NCBI GenBank assembly: GCA_001938485.1
Contig: MQRK01240728.1
Coordinates: forward strand, 25,036 to 82,450
From: Girardia tigrina
Lineage: Eukaryota
Reading direction: 5' to 3'
Length of the DNA stretch: 57,415 nt
Position 1 is the first letter of the stretch, and every line of letters starts with the position of its first letter. Below the pieces are notes generated by a model. It did no database searches. It worked only from the letters and a program-made list of their open reading frames with translations, and was not told the origin of the DNA. Made by a program: the position numbers and the translations under genes. Positions 23,867 through 34,968 of the stretch are shown here, piece by piece.

Positions 23867-24479
23867 CAAGCCGAAAAAGAAATACGGCCCTCTTTAGGGT
23901 CAAAATTTGTGATTGGACAGTAAAACTGACTAAAGCTGATAAAATCAAATTGGCTTTATTCGACCACAAAAGTATGATATATGTTTATTTATATTTACAT
24001 AATAATAAATTAAATAATCATAATAATAATAATGATAAAGATTATAATAAATTAAATGATAATAATAATAAAAATAATATTAAAAAACATGATGACAACG
24101 ATCTTCCTCTCCCCATTTGACGGCAAATAATATCAAAATAAGCTTCCACTGCGCTGCTGCCGCAACAACCGGTCGCAATACCGGCCACCATTGAACCCGG
24201 GACAACCCAGGTAAAAATAATGTTTGGGAGACTTGATTTGCCCAATCTTTCAGCCATTAAGCACAATACTCCTCTTAAAACTATAAATGGGTTTTAAATT
24301 TTGATTTTGAATTGAGTTTTTTTATTTATATTTCGATTTTTTATTTAAATTTGAAACCTGATTTTAGTTCGAAATAATTTATTTTGAAATTAGTTATATA
24401 ACTTTAAAACATCGTCTTGTGTTTATTTTGGTAAACTCTATTTTTATTTTCCAGTGACTCGATACAAATATTGATATTC

Positions 24480-27400
24480 TTTGTATCCCAGTCTTGATTG
24501 AAAAGAAGCAGAATAGATTCATGACAGGGGTCTACAGAAAACCAAAGGACACTGGTCTTTACAGTAGTCCAAGTAGTTTCTGTGACCCAAAATATAATAG
24601 AAATATGATTAAGGGTCTAGTGCATAGAGTTTGGAGTTTAACTTCTTCTTTTGAAATTTTTGATAAAGAAATNNNNNNNNNNNNNNNNNNNNNNNNNNNN
24701 NNNNNNNNNNNNNNNNNNNNNNNNNNNNNNNNNNNNNNNNNNNNNNNNNNNNNNNNNNNNNNNNNNNNNNNNNACAAAATTAATAAAAATTTGAATACAA
24801 CTGAGGAAGTGATTAATTCAAAAAAATTTTATTTAAAAATTCCATATTCCGAAGGTGCTAGGGATTTTAAACGAATTTTAGAAAAACAGGCCCCAGTTGG
24901 TGTTACAATTAAAGTATTGTTTCTAACTAATAAAATTTCTAATTACTTCTCAAATAAATCTAAAACACAATTGGGTATGAAAGCAAATTTAGTTTACCAA
25001 TATAAATGTCACAAGTGTGAATCCTTGTTCATTGGAGAGACAAATCGTCACCTCCGTACTAGAATTGCAAAACATACCCAATCAAGTAGAAAACGCTCAA
25101 TTTTGGACCACATAATGAAATGTCATTGTGATGCCTCACCGTTGTAAGTGGATGGTATTTGTTATTTATGCATGTGTGTGTGTGTTCTGTCCTTTATCTC
25201 TTGTCGTTTCTTTTTGCAGCGTGAGTATGTTGGACCTTGTTGTTTATTTCAGTCTTTTTATTTAACTGTTGATCTCGAGTGTTTTTTTATGTATTTGGTT
25301 TTATTTTTCACTTCCAAAAGATTATTTAATTCCATCGCAAAATCGTCGACTCGACGTCTCGGCAATTTCAAATATAACGATGAAAAGGCGTCTGAGTAAT
25401 AATAATGGGAAAATTGGATCGATGCAAAACTATCGATCTACAATACAATCACAATTAAAAATTAAGAATGTATATAATTACTTACCGTTTGTGATAAAAA
25501 AAAACGTTGGTGAATTTTTTTTGGACATTTGTCATTAACAATAAACTTATTTGAACTGAAGGTGATTTTTATTTGTTTCTTTACTGCTTTGGTTGACATT
25601 GACTTTTTGTTAACGGTTAAGAGTTATTTTATTTACTAATTATCTGTTTTTACCTATTTTCTTGTCAGTAAGAATAGTTATTCGTTTTTTCATGGCGAAT
25701 AACTATTTTTACAACTGGTGTCAGAGTCAGAGAACTCACAACAGCGCCTCACTAAAGAAACCATAGTTTTCTTTAAGACACACATACTCTTTTAATCATT
25801 ATCATAAAAAATTATGCTGAAGTCAAAAAAATATAGAAAACCAATCACAACAAATGTAAACAAAAGCCCCCACAAAACAATCACTCAATGTTCATTTATT
25901 TTACGGTGCAACCTGTTAACTTTATTTTTTCGTTTTAAATAGATTCGGGTTCGGTTATTTCAGTTCTTCCAAAACATTTAGGGTTACATCCAGATTTTTT
26001 ACCTTCTAAAGACACTAAAATCTACGCCGCAAACCAAACTGAGATTAGAACGCACGGATTCAAAAACCTCAAATTATTGTTAGGTGATAAAATTTTTTTT
26101 TGGAACTTCATCATCGCAGATGTCTCCAAAGCAATTTTAGGAGCCGACTTCCTTTCTAAATTCGATCTTTTAGTAGATTGCAAGAACAAATCCTTAATCG
26201 ACAGACACAACTTTTCTTCCATTCATTACATCCACTTAAAACAAACACAAACAAACAAACTGACATTATCGTACATTCCACGAACAAAAACTCAGAAACT
26301 CAGAGTTACACAACAAAAGACAATTTGAACAGAGACACTCATTTCAATGGAAAACATCTCCAGTACTTAGACAACAAAAGAATTAGTAATAGGATGGTTT
26401 CAGAAAATCAAACAAGTTACTCGATACATTTAGAAGACAAAGAAACACAAAAGAACGAAATAAAAATGAAAGATACATCAACATCAATCTCATTTTTTGA
26501 AGATAATAGGAAAAAGAACAGCAAAAGAACTCAGACAGAAAACCTACGAATTAATCAAGCTACACAAACAAATGATAAATCTAATTTTACAAAGATGAAA
26601 AACAATGAAACACAAACTACCGCTATAGATAAAAAAGAAGATTTTCCAACATATATCAATGATATTAACGCAATAAACAACATCTCACATCTCGAATCAC
26701 AATGGTCACTCAAAATGGAAGACAATAACCTCAAAGCAGCAAATAATATTATGGAAAATGACATTCAAGAAACAACATATAATAATTTCGAGCCATACGC
26801 TGACATTAAAGCTTTAATTAGAGACAAAAACAACAAAAAATATGAAGGACCTTACTCAATAATCGATCAAAACAAACACTCCTTCATATTAAACATTAAA
26901 GAGATTCCAACACAAATAAACGTAAAAAGATGTTAAGTGTTTTTTTATGTATTTGGTTTTATTTTTCACTTCCAAAGGATTATTTAATTCCATCGCAAAA
27001 TCGTCGACTCGACGTCTCGGCAATTTCAAATATAACGATGAAAAGGCGTCTGAGTAATAATAATGGGAAAATTGGATCGATGCAAAACTATCGATCTACA
27101 ATACAATCACAATTAAAAATTAAGAATGTATATAATTACTTACCGTTTGTGATAAAAAAAAACGTTGGTGAATTTTTTTTTGGACATTTGTCATTAACAA
27201 TAAACTTATTTGAACTGAAGGTGATTTTTATTTGTTTCTTTACTGCTTTGGTTGACATTGACTTTTTGTTAACGGTTAAGAGTTATTTTATTTACTAATT
27301 ATCTGTTTTTACCTATTTTCTTGTCAGTAAGAATAGTTATTCGTTTTTTCACGGCGAATAACTATTTTTACAGTCATGGAACTCAAAGGAGGGTATTTGA

Positions 27401-27605
27401 TAATGATTTTCGGGTTTTGATTAGTAACTTTGATCACAATTATGAAAGGACAATTAATTGTGAAAGGACTGAAGCCCTCTTGATAAAGTTTTGTAAACCT
27501 AGTCTAAATGTGCAAAGTGATTCGTCCAATCATATTAGAGTATTTTGACGTAACACACTGCGACGTAATGGTCATCTTACTATATAAATAATAACTTTCT
27601 AATTA
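24480..27605 (+). mobile_element. Penelope-like element (RT thumb plus GIY-YIG) split by an LTR insertion at 25127-27372
   Basis: VYRKPKDTGLY, LVYQYKCHKCESLFIGETNRHLRTRIAKH. The sequence resumes at 27378 and matches the uninterrupted copy at 16825-17110. Confidence 0.9.
25127..27372 (+). mobile_element. Non-autonomous gypsy-derived LTR element (protease plus integrase C-terminal tail only)
   Basis: 5' LTR 25127-25713; PBS TGGTGTCAGAGT at 25716; 5'-truncated 3' LTR ~26937-27372; TSD GTCAT (25122-26, 27373-77). IDSGSVISVLP...ILGADFL protease and YEGPY tail; no RT, RNase H or integrase core. Confidence 0.9.
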
Positions 27606-27759
27606 AATATATTTTTTTAATTATTTTTTTTATAAATTATTTTTTAATTATTTTTTAATTATTTTTTTAATTATACTTTTTTATAAATTATATTTTTAAT
27701 TATAATTTTTTTATCTCAAATTATATCTTTTCAAAATCCTATTATACTTTTCTTTTTTC

Positions 27760-28586
27760 ACATGAGTGTTGCGGTTGAAAAAACAATTATAATTAAAAAC
27801 ACAAATGAAAAAACAATTATAATTAAAGACACAGGTGAAAGAGCGGTTGTAATTGGAGGCACAGGTGAAAGAGCGGTTGTAATTGGAGGCACAGGGACAG
27901 TGATGTGTATTGGACGCCGACAGAGAAGCGGTCCTGTGTCGTTGGGATCCTTTTAGCACCCTTCCTGGCGCCCGGAGAGGAGTTGGCGGCCCTAACAAGG
28001 AAAAAATTAATTAAAAACCCGACAAAAATAAATAAATCACCTCGTGAGCAACCCGGTGGACCTTCAGGGCCAGCCGACCCTCCACGAGTAGCTCTGGGCG
28101 AGCTCGATCCCTTAGCGCCGCCCGCAGGTTCGTAGCGGTTCCCCGAGAGAAGATACACCCTGAGGAAAAAACAAAGAAATATTAATCAAATAACAAAGAC
28201 TAATTAAAAAACTTACCCTCGGAGCTAAAAATAGCATCAATGTCCTCAATTGACCGCATGCTGATACATCACCTGCAGATGTAGGTCGGCACACGGACAG
28301 CGAATCCTATAATGAAAAACGAAAATATCAAAAATTTCAAAAATCTAAACGACCTACATACCCAGCCATCCAATCGGGAATCCGGAAAAGTCAGACCATC
28401 CCGACCATTGGTGGAACCTGGAACCGGTGTGTCGTCCTGCAAGTATAAAAGGAATAGTCTAAAACATAAAAGTTGCCACTCATAATAACATAAAACAAAC
28501 GACAACAAAACGACAGCACTTCAAAACGTATAACAACAAACAAAAGGAAAAAACAAAAACACAAAACGCTACGTACCTCCGTGACA
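27760..28586 (-). other. GC-rich multi-exon module beginning with an LTR-like TGTCACG end
   Basis: The minus strand shows GC-rich blocks separated by ~50-60 nt T-rich GT...AG intron-like spacers; TGTCACGG starts at 28586. Confidence 0.45.
27777..27896. repeat. 4 x 30-bp tandem repeat
   Basis: Units start at 27777, 27807, 27837 and 27867. Consensus of units 3-4 is GAAAGAGCGGTTGTAATTGGAGGCACAGGT. Confidence 0.95.
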
Positions 28587-29693
28587 TTTCAGCTCGACAA
28601 AATTTGGGATTACCGATGTAATTTTATTTGTTGTTATCTTAATATTATTACTACTATTGATTTCATGTTTTCACTATTCAATTATTTTTGTTTATAACTA
28701 TTCGTTCCGTGCATAAATATATTTGTGCGTAGTCCGTAAGTTGTCGTAGTTAACCGTCGCCGCCGTCCTATTCATCATGCCCCACTTCTCGGAATTATCC
28801 GGTTCGTCGTCTGAGGAAAACGACGCACCGTCGCTCTTGATCCTCGACGTACGATCGATCGACATGATCGCATTCGTTAGTGGGGACCTCGTTACGACGT
28901 GGCTCCACGTTTGGGCTCCGGAAGTCTCGAGCTGTCGGGCGAGATAATCTCGCGCAGATCCATTGAAAATTCCGTTCGTATTCGATTAGCAAAATTTGTT
29001 TTATCAACAGTGATATGTCACTTAATTGACACATTTAAACAAACGGAATTCTTTCTAATTTCTTTTATTATCAATATATTTTAATCGATTTTATCATGAC
29101 TTGGAAATTATTGTTTTATTATAGGACCAATTTCACGACATTTTATATTTTAATTTAATTTTATTTTTTTTTGCTTGAGAATCGCAAAACTATATCGAGT
29201 TCGTTTAGGAACTATTTCGACTCTAAATTTGAATTCCAATTTAGGTTATAAGCTCAAAATTAGTAGTCATGGATCTAAATCAGATAAAGTTCTATGAATT
29301 CAATACAAAAAAATTTTTTTTTAATTTTCAGTTTTAAAACTCAATTCAGGTGAGGATTCAGGTTTAAGTCAATTGCGATTCTACAGAATTTAGTTCGAAT
29401 ATTTTACGTCTGTTGCTTAATGAATTTGATTGATTGAGAGTCGACGTGAGAGGAGGTTTTGAATAAAATTTTCGAACTACGACGCGGATACTTATATAAT
29501 TACTAATTTCGTCCTTAATAATAATTTCGCAGTTGAATATTAATTTTCTAAGAATTATGGTTAAGAATTATGTAGTTAAGAAAGCTATAAGGGTTCGATT
29601 AATCAGTGTTAATTAGCGAGTCGAATTAATACCCGTCAAACTGCGAGCACTAGCTTTAGAACACTACTTGACGATGACTGGGCTATCGGAGTC

Positions 29694-30270
29694 TGTAACG
29701 ACCGCGGTCAATAGATGTTTATAGCTACGTCATTAACGTTGTACGAATTAGACAAAAGGCGGATGCTGTTGATGTTTAGGTCCGATAACTTCTGAGTGAT
29801 TAAATTTCAGTGACCACATCAGGACCGCGTGGGTTAATGATTGTCGAACTAGTGTAGGAAGACTGTCAAAACATACAGTGCCACAAGTCAATATGAACAC
29901 AACAGCCAAGCGCACTAAGCCGCATGCAAATATAACATTGCCATAAGTTAATCCTACATATCACACACGATANNNNNNNNNNNNNNNNNNNNNNNNNNNN
30001 NNNNNNNNNNNNNNNNNNNNNNNNNNNNNNNNNNNNNNNNNNNNNNNNNNNNNNNNNNNNNNNNNNNNNNNNNNNNNNNNNNNNNNNNNNNNNNNNNNNN
30101 NNNNNNNNNNNNNNNNNNGTCCGACCCAGAGTAGATGAGGAGTTAAGTTAAGGAATAAGATAATCTGATAAATGGGTCGTGGCTAACCCTTAATAGTCAC
30201 TGGGGGCTCAGAGTCTGCAAAAATGTTTTAAACATAAGGGTCGTGACATTTTTGGGGGCTCAGCCGGGAT
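29694..30270 (+). mobile_element. LTR 3' end and tRNA-Pro primer binding site
   Basis: GGTCGTGACA ends at 30248. TGGGGGCTCAGCCGGGAT at 30253-30270 matches the canonical Pro PBS TGGGGGCTCGTCCGGGAT at 16/18. A candidate LTR start TGTAACGACC lies at 29694. Confidence 0.7.
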
Positions 30271-30398
30271 TAGCGAGTTTCTCGCCCCTAAATAGTTAAG
30301 ATTTCAATAACTAATAACGACACATAGTTAATTATGTAATAGAGTATGAATTATAGTAATAAAGTATAATAAAATAATCGTTAATGAACTTATAGAGA

Positions 30399-30770
30399 AT
30401 GGAACAGAAACAGAAGCCAATAGCAGTGGTAAGACCGATGCCACGTGATCCAGTGATCGTCGAAATCGAAGAGCTAATTCGTGCGTTAGCCAAACTGATT
30501 CTCCAAAGAAAGGACGACCAGNNNNNNNNNNNNNNNNNNNNNNNNNNNNNNNNNNNNNNNNNNNNNNNNNNNNNNNNNNNACCCGAGTTAAAGGCTCTCA
30601 ACGAACACATAGAAGGGAAATTAGAAGAATTCAAACTACGAATTCAACAGCTGAATCCCAATGAATATCCCGACTTTTGGGGATGTTATCGAGAACTCTG
30701 CAAACTACAAAGTCAAGACGAAAGGCCGACTGAAAATTTATGGCATGGATACGGCTATAGCGTCGTATAA
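30399..30770 (+). CDS. Small helical ORF A downstream of the PBS (unknown function)
   Basis: 123-aa ORF with an internal N gap; AG shortly before the ATG; PRD..IVEIEELI motif. Confidence 0.55.
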   Translation: MEQKQKPIAVVRPMPRDPVIVEIEELIRALAKLILQRKDDQXXXXXXXXXXXXXXXXXXXXPELKALNEHIEGKLEEFKLRIQQLNPNEYPDFWGCYRELCKLQSQDERPTENLWHGYGYSVV

Positions 30771-30882
30771 CCGACAATAAACTATTATTTTTTTTTCTGT
30801 TTCGTGAAATAAATATTTTAGTGATTAATTTGTCTATAAAGTAGTTAGATAAAAGGATTAGTTTAATATAGTATATTAATAG

Positions 30883-31236
30883 ATGCAGACAGAACCCAGA
30901 GACGCCCGGCAACCAACAATTCAAGAACTGTTCGAAGAGGCCGATCGATTGAAACACCGACTTCAAAGACTAGAAAGCTGGCAACATGATCGAGAGCAAC
31001 GGTACAACCAGTACAACCAACGAGTTAAAAAGTTAGAAGCCGATAAAGCATCCAAAGGAAAAATACAAATCTACCAAGAAATAAGAAGAAAGGCTCATGT
31101 TGGTATTCTGATCGCGCAGGATTCAATATTCCGAACCCAAAATGATACTTTAGTTTGTTTAAGCAAAATTAAGGACATATTAACTGCAGATCAAACCCAA
31201 TTAACCGGGGGTGATGTTGATAAAACTTTTCTTTAA
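30883..31236 (+). CDS. Small coiled-coil ORF B (unknown function)
   Basis: 117-aa ORF; TAATAG immediately before the ATG; PRD...TIQELFEEA motif. Confidence 0.55.
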   Translation: MQTEPRDARQPTIQELFEEADRLKHRLQRLESWQHDREQRYNQYNQRVKKLEADKASKGKIQIYQEIRRKAHVGILIAQDSIFRTQNDTLVCLSKIKDILTADQTQLTGGDVDKTFL

Positions 31237-31330
31237 TTCTGTTCAAATATATATATATATATAATTGTAGCTTAATCGTGATAAAATAGTTAATAATTTT
31301 GGTAAATAATACTCTATTTGTTATTCTAGC

Positions 31331-31598
31331 ATGAATCTAGAAGAGAGTCCTGCACAACCACCAAAAAACATACCACGAGAAGAGATGTTCCGAGAAGTTG
31401 AAGCGTTACTCGAAGAGGCCATACTTACAACCGCTGAGCACTACAAATGCGCAGAACATAGGAATCGACTAGTCAGGGATATACGCCAGATGAAGAATGT
31501 GGGACCAACCAGTATCCACACCCTACAATTATGGCAAGGCAAAGTCGAGAGCGCCAGGAAGAAGGTAGACGAGCAACTGGGAATTCGAATACGAAACA
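31331..31598 (+). CDS. Small helical ORF C (3' end replaced by a formin fragment)
   Basis: TTCTAGc before the ATG; PREEMFREVEALLEEA motif. Confidence 0.5.
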
Positions 31599-31925
31599 AA
31601 CAATGGTCTGAATCTTCTTCTGGATGTTTTGAGCACTCTTACTGAATCTCCTATCAATTGCGACATTTGCCTTGTATGTATTATGGCTTTTGTCATTGTC
31701 GGATTTGGATTCTTCAGAGTTTTAGAAAACGATAGAGCACTTCTATTGATCGCCAAATGTTTCAAGCCACAGATCCAGGATACGATGTTCTATGCAGTAG
31801 AATTGTTGAGGACGTTTGTAGTTTATAAAGAATATAGCTATCAGAAAGTGCTTAATGCGTTATCGAATGCGGCGAAAATAAATAATTACGCTAATCGGTT
31901 TTATCCGTTAATTGAATCTTTTATC
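31599..31925 (+). pseudogene. Diaphanous-related formin GBD/FH3 (DID) exon fragment
   Basis: GLNLLLDVL...CIMAF...FG...VLENDRALLLIAKCFKPQIQDTMFYAVELL...QKVLNALS..A......RFYPLIESF parallels DIAPH GLASLLDIL...CLKAFMNNKFG..MLE....ILLLVRAMDPAVPNMM..AAKLL...ERVLEAMT...RFQPLLDGL (recalled). Confidence 0.75.
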
Positions 31926-32000
31926 CGTTAATCTATTGAATCAAGACCATTTTCACAACCACGTCTATTGTCCCTATAGAATAATAATTATTATTATTAT

Positions 32001-32225
32001 GAAGTCTTTGAGGGTAATTAAATAAATTAAGAATCAAGATTTATTTTATAAACAAAATATAGATAAGTATTTATGTTATCGAAGCTAAGTTTTTTATGAT
32101 ATCTTAGATAAAAAGATATGGCTCAATTGTCGTGATTGAATCGATAACTATTGTTGCTAAAATAATGAACTTATTCATGCATAAATAATTCAATTTAATA
32201 ATGAAACATTTAATTTAATTTTAAA
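32001..32225 (+). repeat. Dispersed AT-rich repeat, also at ~43849-44065
   Basis: AAGTCTTTGAGGGTAATTAAA...AAGAATCAAGAT...ATAATGAAACATTTAATTT is shared. Confidence 0.8.
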
Positions 32226-32240
32226 ATAAAGAAGGCGCTG

Positions 32241-32402
32241 TACTGACAGAACCGTCTCGATGCAGGCTATCCAGATTGACCACGTCCTTAAGTGGATTCA
32301 TTCACGTCCGTCCAAAATATTTCATTTTAATCATAGTATACATTGAGCGTTACACACACACATATATATATATACATATATAAATAATTATTATAAAAAC
32401 TT
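32241..32402 (+). repeat. Dispersed repeat, also at 37356-37513
   Basis: TACTGACAGAAC.GTCTCGATGCAGGCTATCCAGATTGACCACG...ATTATAAAAACTT is present twice; related AT-rich blocks at ~32700, ~33000 and ~37590. Confidence 0.85.
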
Positions 32403-32598
32403 TGTCATTGTCGGATTTGGATTCTTCAGTTTTAGAAAACGATAAAGCACTTATATTGATCGCCAAATGTTTGAAGCCACAGATCCCGGATACGATGTTC
32501 TATGCAGTAGAATTGTTGAGGACGTTTGTAGTTTATAAAGAAGATAGATATCAGAAAGTGCTCAATGCGTTATCGAATGTGGAGAAAATAAATAAATA
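32401..32598 (+). pseudogene. Second, partial copy of the diaphanous fragment
   Basis: High nucleotide identity to ~31690-31888, with a 2-bp indel. Confidence 0.75.
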
Positions 32599-34800
32599 CA
32601 CTCATCTGTTTGCATTGAGCAGTATGCATTGAGCGTTACATACACACACACATATATATATATATATATATGTAAATAAAATATTTAGATAAATTTAGAT
32701 ATAAAATTTTTAGATAAATATTATTAATAAAAAATTGATTTATAAATGAAAACTTGATATTATTTATTAATAACGAAAATTTGTAATTTATAATAAATTG
32801 ATTTTCAGCAATATAATTAGTAAATTTGTGATACAAGTCGTCATTTATCAAGAAAAATAGCATTTAAGTAGTAGCAATCGAATAGTTGTCAATATTCGAT
32901 AATAATTTCGAGAAGGCCCTATATGTTTTACTTTATTACGGTTATACTTTATTAAGGTTAAAAATAAAGCTTCCGTTACTTAAATTTTCACAAATAAAAT
33001 TTTTAGATAAATATTATTATTAAAAAATTGATTTGTTGGGGTTCATATAAATATAATAAAATTTTTTTACTTTTATTTTTTTGAAGTTATTATTTTATTA
33101 TTTTATTTTTCTGAATTTTGTATTTTATGGTGTAAATATTGAATGAATTTTAACATTATATTTTTGTTCTTGTGAATTTTTAAATATGTTATTTTGCCCT
33201 TGACTTGTGTTTATTTATATGTTATTTATAATTTAATTTAAAATAAAACTAAATTTTACATACATTATTTATTCAATTGTATTATTTTTATATTTCTTTA
33301 CGTACTATGCGTTCTCGTCACGCATAGTGCGTCGTCATTTTTTCTTTCTCACGGAGTTGTTTACGGCCACACATTCATTACGCGCATTCTTATCAATGGC
33401 CACGCGATTTCTCACGCGATTTTATTTTTCTCATACACATTTTGGTTTCTTCTCACGCGTGTTTTGTTTGCGTTTTCGTCAGCTTAAGCCACGCGATTTT
33501 GAAATTCTTATTGTTAACGCAGTTATATAAGCGCAATCAAGAAGTAGCAAAGCGCACAAAGTTAATATTCGCACAGGTAGGAGATGGATGTTCTTAAAGG
33601 CACAAAATTAATATTCGCACAGATTTTGCACCGAATTATCGACGAATTTCAGTACTTGCGAAGAGACCATTTCTGAATTGCTGAGGAGGACAAATTTTGC
33701 TTCGTGGCCAAAAGAGATTAATTTTTATATCGAAGAGAACTGTTGAGTCAAACCGACTTATTTTGTTATTGCTGGTATTGAGGGAGAATCAATTAACATC
33801 GCTGTCAAGGAGACTAAATCTTTTTATCGGTGAGGGTCCACTCAATTATTGTTATTTCTTTTACTAAAGTAATATATTTTAAAATTTATAATCTTAATTG
33901 TAATATATTAAATTAATAATTTTTATTTATAATTTTAAAATCCTTGATAACTGGAGAACGGTGATTCCCAGTTACATAAAATCATCACAAAACACACAGG
34001 GACATTGTTTCATATTTTCTTTTAACAAATTGTATTGTGTACAAATTTTTTATAAATATTTTAATAAATATTTTATAAAAAAAGTCTTGTGTTATTTGAT
34101 TATTTGTGATATTTATTTCATTGATTAAATTTATAATTAATACAATCCTTTTAATTTACACAAATTGATTGACTGGAGTAAATTTTAAACAATTTTTGGA
34201 GTTATTTTATTATAGTTCTCCTTTGTTACGACAATCGGTAAATATCTATTTGACCCTTCGTACGTAACAAAGTTGGTGCCGCGAACCGGGACGAAAAATT
34301 CCTTGGTCGCGCATATAAAAATTGAATTCTCTCTAAAGTTTAAAGTCATTTAAAATTATCGAAATTTGATAAAGTGATAAATTAAATTGAAGTATTAAAT
34401 AAATAAATTGAAAAGAGAATATTAATTAATATTAATAAATTGAAAAAGAATATTAATTGATCTAAATTTGAAAGAGAATATTAATTGAAAAGAGAATATT
34501 GATTAAAGTTAATATTATTGATTGTCCCAATTGAGCTAGGTCTTGAGCATATTAATTTTTACAAGTTTCAGATGCATATTGAGGTTAAGTTTTGATTAAG
34601 GTATCAAACAGTCAGTCTTCTTGGAGGAATCGTTGATTGTGATTTATTTTTATTGAATTTTTTTGTGTTGTCTCAATTAATTTTGATAATCTTATTGATT
34701 TCATTGTGTTGTTTGAAATTATTTTGAATATTGAATTGATTTTTATTGAATTAATTTTTGCATATTTTCTATATTCGTGCAACGCACCTTCACAAAACAT

Positions 34801-34968
34801 ATGACACATAATAAGAAAAAACAAGATAACCAGGAAAACATTGAAAATAATTCAAGAGATAATAAACCTACATTAGGGCGAAAAATGACAAAAAGTTTTG
34901 ATTATATTCCACTGGATCCCTACAACGGGAAACCAGAGCATTTAGACAAATACTTTGAGAAATATTGA
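34801..34968 (+). pseudogene. gag N-terminal stub
   Basis: IPLDPYNGKPEHLDKYFEKY resembles the L..(F/Y)xG....L..F...(F/Y) start of Ty3/gypsy capsid; first ORF after the PBS. Confidence 0.5.

Noticed and set aside
25269-27298. Duplicated ORFs 25269-25538 and 26930-27298
   Set aside because: They simply reflect the two LTR copies; there is no evidence of coding.
27777-27896. 30-bp repeats as a CRISPR array
   Set aside because: Head-to-tail with no spacers, eukaryotic context, no cas genes.
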